NCBI GenBank assembly: GCA_016790165.1
Contig: JAEUPL010000017.1
Location: 18,983 to 82,982 of the forward strand
DNA length: 64,000 nt
Direction of reading: 5' to 3'
DNA from: Burkholderiales bacterium
GTDB lineage: Bacteria; Pseudomonadota; Gammaproteobacteria; Burkholderiales; Casimicrobiaceae
Positions within the stretch are counted from its first letter, which is position 1; each line of letters begins with the position of its first letter. Both the position numbers and the translations under genes were made by a program. The notes beneath the pieces were generated by a model, which saw only the letters and a list, made by a program, of their open reading frames with translations, did not search any database and was not told where the DNA came from. This document shows positions 21,308 to 29,038 of this stretch, one piece after another.

Positions 21308-22051
21308 ATGCACCCACTTTACGAACACGTCGAATCGTTACAACACATCGTAGTCGCACAAGCCACAGGCAGTACAGCGGATGAAGCGGAATACGCGCGG
21401 CTGCGTCAAATCGTGTTGTCCGAGACAGCGCTTGAGCCACTCGTGCCAAGATTTTTGCGAACGTGCAGGAGTCTCGGCCAGTTCTGGGATTTCATCAAAA
21501 AGAGGTATGGGAAGTACGCGGAACGACGGGAATACATCTGGTCGGAGTTCCGGCCGATATTGGAGCTTCTGGAACGTGGAGGCTTATCGCCGGCCGATCA
21601 ATTTGTTTCAGTCGCAATCGAGAAGTTCGATTCGGAACATGTCCAGTCAGCATGGTCCAAGGCGCTTGATCGCAGATCTTCCGATGCCGAGGGCGCGATA
21701 ACAATGGCCCGCACTCTGCTTGAATCCGTTTGCAAGCACATTCTGGACGCAGCAAACGTTCGTTACGACGACAGCGCAGATATCGGTAAGCTCTACAGAC
21801 AAACGGCCGAGCAACTCAAACTCGCGCCCTCCCAGCACACCGAGCAGGTTTTCAAGCAAATTTTGGGCGGGTGCACTGCGGTCGTCGAGGGGCTTGGTGC
21901 ACTTAGAAACCGACTGAGTGATTCGCACGGTAAGGGTACGGTCGGCGTGAAGCCTGCGGCGAGACATGCGGAACTTGCCGTCAATCTCTCTGGTGCACTT
22001 GCTGTTTACTTGCTTGCCACGTGGGAGGCGCGGAGTGAAACAGCCACCTGA
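21308..22051 (+). CDS. AbiJ-like abortive-infection protein: N-terminal helical domain + C-terminal Abi_C/HEPN domain
   Basis: ATG 21308. DAEGAITMARTLLESVCKHIL ... LGALRNRLSDSHG (R-x4-H HEPN motif, nt 21911-21928) ... ARHAELAVNLSGALAVYLL. G+C about 54% (64/119 counted at the 5' end) against about 70% in neighbours. Confidence 0.7.
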   Translation: MHPLYEHVESLQHIVVAQATGSTADEAEYARLRQIVLSETALEPLVPRFLRTCRSLGQFWDFIKKRYGKYAERREYIWSEFRPILELLERGGLSPADQFVSVAIEKFDSEHVQSAWSKALDRRSSDAEGAITMARTLLESVCKHILDAANVRYDDSADIGKLYRQTAEQLKLAPSQHTEQVFKQILGGCTAVVEGLGALRNRLSDSHGKGTVGVKPAARHAELAVNLSGALAVYLLATWEARSETAT

Positions 22052-22129
22052 TCTTTGATCCAGGCTGATTTCGAACACCCAGCAACAACGCGCTAAACAC
22101 GCTATTGCGTAGTCACTATTCGCCTGCGC

Positions 22130-22687
22130 ATGTCCAACTCAACTGACCTGGCCTTCAGCGCCATCCGCGCCCTCGTCCTCTATTCCCTCGCCGAACACCA
22201 GCTCGGTCACGCCACAACAATCCGCGTCACCGCGAATGGGAACACGTTCAGCGTCAGCGACGACGGGCGCGGCCACGCGATTGCCCGCACGGTTGGCGCT
22301 GCGCCTTATCTCAAGTTCATCTACAACCACTTCGATTATCCGTTCGGTTCGGACGAAGCCGCGCCGGTGCAGTTGCAGGGGATTGGCATGTCGTTGATCA
22401 ATGCGCTGTGCAGCGAGCTTACGGTCGTCGTGCGCAAGCGGGATGCGACGCTGCGCCTGGCGTTTCGCGATGGGCAACTGTGCGAGCATCGGGTGACCGA
22501 TGTCACAAGCGATGCCAGCGAAACGGGCAACACCGTCACGGGCACCGTTCGCCCCGAGCTGGCGGGCGACGGCGTGGACGTGTCGCTGCTTGAACACGGG
22601 TTGCAGCAGCTGCTGCGCGCGCATCCTGCGCTTTGCATCGTGTTCAATGGTGCAACACTTGGCCCTGCCACACCGCAGACGGATTGA
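22130..22687 (+). CDS. stand-alone GHKL (Bergerat-fold) ATPase-like domain protein resembling the GyrB/ParE N-terminal subdomain; catalytic box degenerate
   Basis: [11 protein letters not shown] (nt 22259-22273 encode DDGRG), [13 protein letters not shown] and [13 protein letters not shown] blocks align by eye with GyrB. The E..N box is replaced by [10 protein letters not shown]. Confidence 0.6.
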   Translation: MSNSTDLAFSAIRALVLYSLAEHQLGHATTIRVTANGNTFSVSDDGRGHAIARTVGAAPYLKFIYNHFDYPFGSDEAAPVQLQGIGMSLINALCSELTVVVRKRDATLRLAFRDGQLCEHRVTDVTSDASETGNTVTGTVRPELAGDGVDVSLLEHGLQQLLRAHPALCIVFNGATLGPATPQTD

Positions 22688-22700
22688 AAGCAACAGAGCC

Positions 22701-23048
22701 GTGACCGAACATCGAGTCTTCAAAACCAGCTTCTCCCGGGTCTATCCGATGTACATGCAGAAGGCCGAGCGCAAGGGCCGCACGCAGGCCGAGGTAGACC
22801 AGATCATCTGCTGGCTGACCGGTTACAGCCCGGCGGGGCTGCAACAGCAGATCGCCGGCGGTTGCGACATCGAGACTTTCTTCTCCGAAGCGCCGGCGAT
22901 GCACCCGAACCGCGCGCTGATCAAGGGCGTCGTCTGCGGTGTGCGGGTCGATGAGATTGCCGACCCGCTGATGCAGCAGATTCGTTATCTCGACAAACTC
23001 ATCGACGAGCTTGCCAAGGGCAAGGCGATGGCGAAAATCCTGCGCTAA
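22701..23048 (+). CDS. DUF2200 family protein
   Basis: GTG 22701, inside track ORF 22500-23048. [26 protein letters not shown] pattern of DUF2200. About 115 aa. Confidence 0.7.
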   Translation: MTEHRVFKTSFSRVYPMYMQKAERKGRTQAEVDQIICWLTGYSPAGLQQQIAGGCDIETFFSEAPAMHPNRALIKGVVCGVRVDEIADPLMQQIRYLDKLIDELAKGKAMAKILR

Positions 23049-23075
23049 CCCTCCGCTTGCACGAAAGCACAACGC

Positions 23076-23483
23076 ATGGCCACCACCAAATCCATCAGCA
23101 ACCCTGAAGCCAGCCCGCGCGTGAATGCCGTGTTCGACGACATCCGCGCCACGCGCAAGACGGACTTCATCAACAACCTCTGGCGCTCGCTGGCGTTCGA
23201 TCCGGCGTTACTGGAAAACACCTGGGCCGAAGTGAAGGCGCTGATGGCGACGCCGTCCACGCTGGACCCGTTGACCAAGGAACTGATCTACATCGCGGTG
23301 TCGATTGCGAACTCGTGCAGCTACTGCGTGCATTCGCACACGGCCGCCGCGAGGGCGAAAGGCATGACCGACGCGCAACATGCCGAGCTGCTGGCGATTG
23401 TTGCGCTGGCGGCGAAGACCAATCACCTTGCCAATGGCCTGCAAGTGTCGGTGGATGCGGCATTTGACGCGGGCCGATCCTGA
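23076..23483 (+). CDS. carboxymuconolactone decarboxylase (AhpD-like) family protein
   Basis: 135 aa. LIYIAVS..N.CSYCVHSH CxxC-type motif typical of the CMD/AhpD fold. Confidence 0.8.
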   Translation: MATTKSISNPEASPRVNAVFDDIRATRKTDFINNLWRSLAFDPALLENTWAEVKALMATPSTLDPLTKELIYIAVSIANSCSYCVHSHTAAARAKGMTDAQHAELLAIVALAAKTNHLANGLQVSVDAAFDAGRS

Positions 23484-23505
23484 CGCGGGCAATCGCGAGC
23501 GGACT

Positions 23506-24252
23506 TTAATGCCGCGGATCAGGCACGCGACGGAAGAAAGGCGCAGCCGATACCAGCACCAGGAGCAGCGCCAACGGCACCGTGGTCACGTAGCCGACGT
23601 GCTTGAAGCCCAGTGCACCGAGCAGCGCGCCAACGGCGAAGGCAAGCACCAGTTCGCCGTGCACGCGCAGCTTGGTGCGGTTGGCGCGCACCACGGGCGC
23701 GACGTTACCCCCGGTGCGGTTCCAGTAAATCAGCCGCCCAAACTCAATGCCCAGATCGGTGACCAGCCCGGTGATGTGCGTGGTGCGGATTTCCGCACTG
23801 GAAATTTTGGTGATCAGCGCGTTCTGCAAGCCCATCACATAGCAGAGCAGGATCGCGGTGAGCGACACGCTGATGAATTCGTGCCGCTTGAGCGACGCAC
23901 CGACCAAGCCGAACACGAGCAGCAGCGCGGCCTCGACCAGCAGCGGCGCGGTGTAGGTGACGTTGGAGGCGGAGCGCCTGGCGTAGTTCACCATGAGCGC
24001 CGTGGTCACGGCGCCCGCAACGAAAGCCAACAACGACATCACGCCGGCCATCGCGTGCGCGGTGTTGCCCAGCACGGCGTCGTCCGCCGCCGCCGACAGC
24101 ACGCCCGTCATGTGCGACGTGTACTGCCCGATGGCGAGAAATCCGCCTGCGTTCAGGGCGCCAGCCACGAATGCCAGCGCAATGCCGAGGTGCAAATTGG
24201 CCCGCAGCGTACGCGTGGGCGCCGTGAGGTCCGCGAGGTAGTTAACAGGCAT
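23506..24252 (-). CDS. YoaK family membrane protein (DUF1275)
   Basis: Internal ATG 24252 (MPVNYL..). AF.AG..NAGGFLA......SHMTG motif. Six hydrophobic helices. Confidence 0.75.
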   Translation of the reverse strand: MPVNYLADLTAPTRTLRANLHLGIALAFVAGALNAGGFLAIGQYTSHMTGVLSAAADDAVLGNTAHAMAGVMSLLAFVAGAVTTALMVNYARRSASNVTYTAPLLVEAALLLVFGLVGASLKRHEFISVSLTAILLCYVMGLQNALITKISSAEIRTTHITGLVTDLGIEFGRLIYWNRTGGNVAPVVRANRTKLRVHGELVLAFAVGALLGALGFKHVGYVTTVPLALLLVLVSAAPFFRRVPDPRH

Positions 24253-24286
24253 GCCGGGAGACTGGTGACGACCGCGTCGGCCCCGA

Positions 24287-24532
24287 CTAGAGCACAAGCG
24301 CCAACAGCAACCGCACCACAGCGATCAGCGTGCCGACCAGCAGCAGCGTGCCGATCACCCCGGCAATCACGAAATGCTTGATGGCGAGCCCGGGTGGCGC
24401 GTTGACGTGATCCCTGTCGCGCCCGAGCGCGGGCAGCACGCGAAGCAGAGTCCGCAGCGCATAGCCAATGCAGCGGAGATGGTTGGTCGGGCCGGACGGC
24501 GTGGGCGCAGAGGGAGACGGAGGCAAATTCAC
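24287..24532 (-). CDS. small tail-anchored membrane protein, DUF2970-like
   Basis: GTG start. Pattern L..LPALGRDRD........P..FVIAGVIGTLLLVGTLI.VV resembles DUF2970. High GC3. Confidence 0.45.
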   Translation of the reverse strand: MNLPPSPSAPTPSGPTNHLRCIGYALRTLLRVLPALGRDRDHVNAPPGLAIKHFVIAGVIGTLLLVGTLIAVVRLLLALVL

Positions 24533-24558
24533 GGTCCGATTCTAGCGTCCAGCGAATA

Positions 24559-24686
24559 CAGCTTTTTAGCTCTAACGACCATTTAGCGGTCATTACAGCG
24601 ATATTTCATTATAAGTCGACTTTCATGGAAAGTACGCCACGAGCGCCACTGGGTGGTGCATGGCGGCGAATATTACCTAAAAGCTG
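24559..24686. repeat. bipartite intergenic element, copy 2 (59-nt left arm, 69-nt right arm)
   Basis: CAGCTTTTT 24559-24567, AGTCGACT 24614-24621, AAAAGCTG 24679-24686. Lies in a divergent promoter region. Confidence 0.75.
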
Positions 24687-24704
24687 TTAAACGAAGGCAC
24701 GCGC

Positions 24705-25994
24705 ATGAGTAAAGGTGCGACGTTCGCAGCGATTCGCCTCGCAGGCTACATTCCCGGCATGCAATCGTTCGACGTCATCGTCATCGGCGCCGGGGCGGCA
24801 GGCCTGTTCTGCGCGGCGCTTGCCGGGCAGCGCGGGCGGCGCGTGCTGCTGCTTGATCACGCCGAAGCCATCGGCGAAAAGATCCGGATTTCCGGCGGCG
24901 GCCGCTGCAACTTCACCAACACGGGGGCTGGTCCCGGCAACTACGTCTCCGCGAATCCACACTTTTGCCGCTCGGCCCTGTCGCGCTACACCGCGGCCGA
25001 CTTCGTCGCACAGGTGCGGCGCCACGGCATCGCGTTTCACGAAAAGACGCTCGGTCAATTATTTTGCGATGACTCCGCGCAGCAAATCATCCAGATGTTG
25101 CTCGACGAATGCGCCGACGGTGCCGTGACGCTGCGGCACCCGGTGTCGGTGAGCGACGTGTCGCACCACGCCGGGCGCTTCTGCGTGCGGACGCAACCGC
25201 GTGCAGACGCCGTGTCCAGCCTGGTGACAGGCCCCCACATGCGCTACGACGCCGCCGCGTTGGTGGTCGCCACGGGCGGCTTGTCGATCCCGGCGACGGG
25301 CGCCACGGGCCTCGGCTACGAGCTTGCGCGGCAATTTGGCGTCCCCGTCACGGCGCTCGCACCGGGACTGGTGCCGCTCGCGCTCGATGCGCCGGATCTG
25401 GCGCGCTATGGTGGCCTCTCCGGCGTCAGCGTCGACACCATCGCACGCTGCGACGACGCCCCGGTGGTATTCCGTGAGGCTACCCTGCTCACGCACCGTG
25501 GCCTCAGCGGCCCGGCGGTCCTGCAACTGTCGAACTACTGGCGCGCCGGGCAGCAGGTACGTTTCGACCTGCTGCCCGACGTCGACGCAGCGGTCTGGCT
25601 GGATTCGCTGCGCGCGCGCAAGCCGGCCGTCGCGTCATTCGCACGAGCCCTGGCCGAGCATCTGCCCACACGGCTGGCTGACGCCTGGGCCAGCGCGCAG
25701 GCGCCCGACGCGGGTCAGAAGCCCATCGCACATTGGACGCGCGCCGAACTGCGCGCCGTTGCCGCCGCGCTCAAAGGCTGGTCGTTCCGTCCATCGGGCA
25801 CGCTCGGCTACAAGAAGGCCGAAGTCACGCTCGGTGGCGTCGACACCCGCGCGTTGTCGCAGCAAACGATGGCTGCGCGCGCCGTACCCGGCCTTCATTT
25901 CATTGGCGAAGTCGTGGACGTCACCGGCTGGCTCGGTGGCTATAACTTCCAGTGGGCGTGGTCGTCGGCGTTCGCCTGCGCGCAAGCGCTATGA
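24705..25994 (+). CDS. NAD(P)/FAD-dependent oxidoreductase, HI0933/BaiN-like flavoprotein
   Basis: FDVIVIGAGAAGLFCA dinucleotide fold, GGGRCNFTN, C-terminal GEV(V/L)DVTG.LGGYN. ATG 24705 has a GAAGG about 9 nt upstream. The alternative start ATG 24759 would fit the family N-terminus better. Confidence 0.85.
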   Translation: MSKGATFAAIRLAGYIPGMQSFDVIVIGAGAAGLFCAALAGQRGRRVLLLDHAEAIGEKIRISGGGRCNFTNTGAGPGNYVSANPHFCRSALSRYTAADFVAQVRRHGIAFHEKTLGQLFCDDSAQQIIQMLLDECADGAVTLRHPVSVSDVSHHAGRFCVRTQPRADAVSSLVTGPHMRYDAAALVVATGGLSIPATGATGLGYELARQFGVPVTALAPGLVPLALDAPDLARYGGLSGVSVDTIARCDDAPVVFREATLLTHRGLSGPAVLQLSNYWRAGQQVRFDLLPDVDAAVWLDSLRARKPAVASFARALAEHLPTRLADAWASAQAPDAGQKPIAHWTRAELRAVAAALKGWSFRPSGTLGYKKAEVTLGGVDTRALSQQTMAARAVPGLHFIGEVVDVTGWLGGYNFQWAWSSAFACAQAL

Positions 25995-26067
25995 ATTCGC
26001 AGTGCGCTGCGCCCACCGCGCTGCGTCTCGCCCGGACGCAGGCCCCTACCGAAAGCTCACTTTGACC

Positions 26068-26643
26068 ATGACCGCCGCATCCACGTCTCCCTGCAAACAT
26101 GTCCTGTTCCTGGTCGGTTCCGCGCGCGAAACCGGCCACCTCGGCAATACCGAATGGCTGGCCGCTGAGGCGGCGCGTGCGCTGTCTGCCAACACCGCGC
26201 AAACCTGGCTGCATCTCGCGGCATTGGCTCTCCCGCCGTTCGTTGACCTGCGGCACACAGCAGGCACCTGGCCGATGCCGGAATCCAGCAGCCCGTTACG
26301 ACAAGTCCTGGACGCCACGATGGCGGCGACTGACGTGGTACTGGTGTCGCCGGTGTACTGGTTCGCGCCACCCACGGCGATCAAGAACTACCTCGACCAC
26401 TGGAGCGCCTGGATGCGCATCCCTGGCCTGCCGTTCAAAGAGGCGATGGCCGGCAAGTCGCTCTCGGCCGTGATCACCAACGGGGCGCGCGAAAAAGCGG
26501 AACCGACGATTCGCAGCTACGAAATGTGTGCGCAGTTCCTCGGCATGCGCTGGGGCGGCGTGCTGTGGGGCAAAGGCGGCGCACCGGGCGCCGTGCAAAG
26601 CGACGCCGAAGCCGTGGCAGCCGCCGCGCGCTTCTTTGCCTGA
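26068..26643 (+). CDS. flavodoxin-like NAD(P)H-dependent FMN reductase family protein
   Basis: Internal ATG 26068 of track ORF 25324-26643. LFLVGS.R, D.V.LVSPVYW...P...KNY.D pattern. Confidence 0.7.
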   Translation: MTAASTSPCKHVLFLVGSARETGHLGNTEWLAAEAARALSANTAQTWLHLAALALPPFVDLRHTAGTWPMPESSSPLRQVLDATMAATDVVLVSPVYWFAPPTAIKNYLDHWSAWMRIPGLPFKEAMAGKSLSAVITNGAREKAEPTIRSYEMCAQFLGMRWGGVLWGKGGAPGAVQSDAEAVAAAARFFA

Positions 26644-26761
26644 GCGGCGCCCGCGTAACCCGCACCCGAGCCGCGTCGGGCGAACTCAGACTGCAAATTG
26701 ACGTAGATCAGCGCGAACATGGCTCCGGCTTGCAGCGGGTTCCGAAGCTGTGATAAATTGA

Positions 26762-26780
26762 CGCTAATACGAATTATTCG
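26762..26780. promoter_or_regulatory. candidate Fur box upstream of the FTR1 iron permease
   Basis: GCTAATACGAATTATTCGC matches 12/19 positions of GATAATGATAATCATTATC. It lies about 145 nt upstream of ATG 26924. Confidence 0.3.
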
Positions 26781-26923
26781 CAACAACATCTACGGAGTCG
26801 TTCCGGCGAGTCCAGCATCAGGCCAGACTCCACGGATCGACGACGACGCATCAGCCCGACCGGCTCACCCGGCCGTCGCGCCGCGTCGGCCGAACATGAT
26901 CCCGACTCCCATTCGCCAACGCC

Positions 26924-27703
26924 ATGTTCAATGTCTTCGTTCTGACGCTGCGTGAGGGCATCGAGGCCTTTCTCATCGTCGCCATCACGCTGGCCTACCT
27001 GCGGCAGACCGGGCGCCACACCTTGATGTCAGCGGTGTACTGGGGCACCGGTTCGGCGATTGCGTTGTCTGCGGTGGCGTCGTACTTTTTCGCGCAGGCC
27101 GACAACAAGCCGCTGTGGGAAGGCGTTCTGGCGCTCGTCGCGGCCGTATTGGTGATCTCGATGACGGTGTACATGCTGCGAGCGGCGAAACACATCCGCG
27201 CCAGCATCGGCCGCGGCATTGAAGCCGCCCTCGCCGACCGCAGCGGAAACGCGGGTTGGTGGGGCGTATTCGGTTTCGTGCTGCTGATGATCACGCGCGA
27301 AGGCATGGAAGCCGCCGTCGTGCTCTCGACCCTCGCGATGGAACGCGGCAACGAGGCCCTGCTGACCGGCGCGATTCTCGGCGTACTGGGCGCGGCGACG
27401 GTGGCGTGGGCGTGGGCGCGATACGGCCGCCGCGTCAATCTCGCAAAGTTCTTTCAGGTCACCGCGATTTTCCTGCTGTTGTTCTCGCTGCAGCTCGTGA
27501 TCTATGCCGTGCACGAGCTCTCGGAGGCGCATGCGCTGCCTGGCATCGACAACGAATGGCTGCACATCGTCAGCGAACCCTACGGGCCGGAGGGCTTTTG
27601 GGGGCAGATGCTGACGTACTCTATGGTCGTCATTCCGCTCGTCTGGCTGGGCTGGACGTGGTTGCGTGACCGGATGGCGCCGCCGGCTGCGAACGCCTCC
27701 TGA
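26924..27703 (+). CDS. FTR1 family iron permease (EfeU-like)
   Basis: REGIEAFLIV and TREGMEAAVV (two REGxE motifs). Seven hydrophobic helices. Confidence 0.85.
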   Translation: MFNVFVLTLREGIEAFLIVAITLAYLRQTGRHTLMSAVYWGTGSAIALSAVASYFFAQADNKPLWEGVLALVAAVLVISMTVYMLRAAKHIRASIGRGIEAALADRSGNAGWWGVFGFVLLMITREGMEAAVVLSTLAMERGNEALLTGAILGVLGAATVAWAWARYGRRVNLAKFFQVTAIFLLLFSLQLVIYAVHELSEAHALPGIDNEWLHIVSEPYGPEGFWGQMLTYSMVVIPLVWLGWTWLRDRMAPPAANAS

Positions 27704-27844
27704 ACGTCCGGCTGGTCACACCCAGCCACTGCGGCAGCAGTCGGCTGGGAATTTTCCCCGGTCTCGATCACCCAATCGCGTTTGCTGCGACACTCGCCAC
27801 TTGGCGATCTGTTCGCCCGTGTTCCCGCCAAGAGGAAATCCATC

Positions 27845-28720
27845 ATGTTTCGCCCTGCCCTGGTCCGCCTCATCATCACCGCTCTCGTGGCGACGACCGC
27901 ACTCGCCGCGTGTTCCACGCTTGACGGCTTCCAACGTCAGGTCATCTTCCGTCCAAGCAAGGAAGCGGGTCGCACGCCGGCGGAATTCAACGCGACGTTC
28001 GAGGATGTGTGGCTGACCGTGGGTCGCCAGCCAGAGAAACTGCACGCATGGTGGATTCCGGCGAAAGATGGCAACCCAGCCGCCCCGGCCGCTCTTTATC
28101 TGCACGGCGCCGGCTTCGGCATTTCCGCCAACCTGCCACGCATCATGAAACTGCACGATGAAGGCTTTGCCGTACTTGCGATTGACTATCGCGGCTTTGG
28201 CAAGAGTGCCGGCAGCCTGCCGTCGGAAGAGACCGCGTACGAGGACGCTGACGCCGCCTGGGCAGAACTCACGCGCCGTGCGCCGCAGGCCAGACGCTAC
28301 ATCTACGGCCACTCGCTCGGTGGCGCCATCGCCATCCACCTCGCCGCTACCCCCGCCGCTCTGGGTGCAGCCGGGTTGGTGGTGGAGAGCTCGTTCACCA
28401 GCGTGCGCGAGATGCAGCAATACACAGCGTACAAGTGGATTCCGCTGGGCATGGTGCAAACGCAGTTCTTTGACTCGCTCGCCAAGGCGCCGAAGCTCTG
28501 CATGCCCACGCTGGTGATGCATGGCAGCAACGACTACCGCATTCCGGTCGACGTCGCGCGGAAGCTCTACGCCGCCGCGCCGGAGCCCAAGCGATGGCTG
28601 CTGGTCGACGGCGCCCGCCACATCGACATTCCCACCCGCTACACCGCGCAGTGGCGTGCGGCGCTCAACGACTTCAAAGCGCTCGCCGCGAAGCCGGGCG
28701 TTCACTGCGCAAAAACCTGA
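27845..28720 (+). CDS. alpha/beta hydrolase (lipoprotein signal)
   Basis: Internal ATG 27845. Lipobox LAAC. GHSLGGAIA nucleophile elbow, HGSNDYRIP, GARH. Confidence 0.8.
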   Translation: MFRPALVRLIITALVATTALAACSTLDGFQRQVIFRPSKEAGRTPAEFNATFEDVWLTVGRQPEKLHAWWIPAKDGNPAAPAALYLHGAGFGISANLPRIMKLHDEGFAVLAIDYRGFGKSAGSLPSEETAYEDADAAWAELTRRAPQARRYIYGHSLGGAIAIHLAATPAALGAAGLVVESSFTSVREMQQYTAYKWIPLGMVQTQFFDSLAKAPKLCMPTLVMHGSNDYRIPVDVARKLYAAAPEPKRWLLVDGARHIDIPTRYTAQWRAALNDFKALAAKPGVHCAKT

Positions 28721-28763
28721 CTCAGCGACGTGCGGCGCATGACGCATCCCGAAGCGTTTGAAT

Positions 28764-28793
28764 TTGACACTCGTTTTGAACGGGCGCTATAGT
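28764..28793 (+). promoter_or_regulatory. near-consensus sigma70 promoter (TTGACA-18 nt-TATAGT)
   Basis: TTGACA 28764-28769, TATAGT 28788-28793. Followed by about 240 nt of non-coding leader before ATG 29039. Confidence 0.6.
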
Positions 28794-29038
28794 GCGTCGC
28801 ACTCGCAAAGGGGAATGAGTCGCGCCGGCGCTGCCGGCGACGATTCAATGTAACGGGCGACGCGTGGGGAGGCGCGAAACCCGTTGCAACAACAACGCCA
28901 CCGCACGAATCTGAAGCGCTGCAATCCGGCAGCTCAGCCTATTCGTACCCCCACTTGCGGCCGTGACGCGCGCCGTCGACACGAGCGCCGCGAACCAGTC
29001 ATGCTGTCGTGTACGAAATCAGAACGGGAGGAGATGCA

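Noticed and set aside
22041-22100. tRNA-like TTCGAA motif (GGTGTTCGAAATCAGCC on the minus strand) downstream of the Abi gene, as a possible tRNA or att remnant
   Set aside because: The flanking bases cannot form a T-arm (GGGTG vs TCAGC). No acceptor or anticodon arms can be drawn. No matching direct repeat lies on the other side of the Abi gene.
26694-26749. AAATTGACGT ... GAAGCTG as a half-copy of the 118-bp element
   Set aside because: The centre matches only 7/10 positions and the arm would be 51 nt rather than 59 nt. The arm-internal features (A/T run, CGACC/GGTCG stem) are missing.
28794-29038. Assignment of the long leader to a known riboswitch class
   Set aside because: By eye, none of the conserved cores I know are present: B12 box, TPP, glycine, GEMM-I/II, ykkC and mini-ykkC ACGR loops, ZTP, fluoride, yybP, SAM-II. 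It is kept only as an unclassified structured leader.
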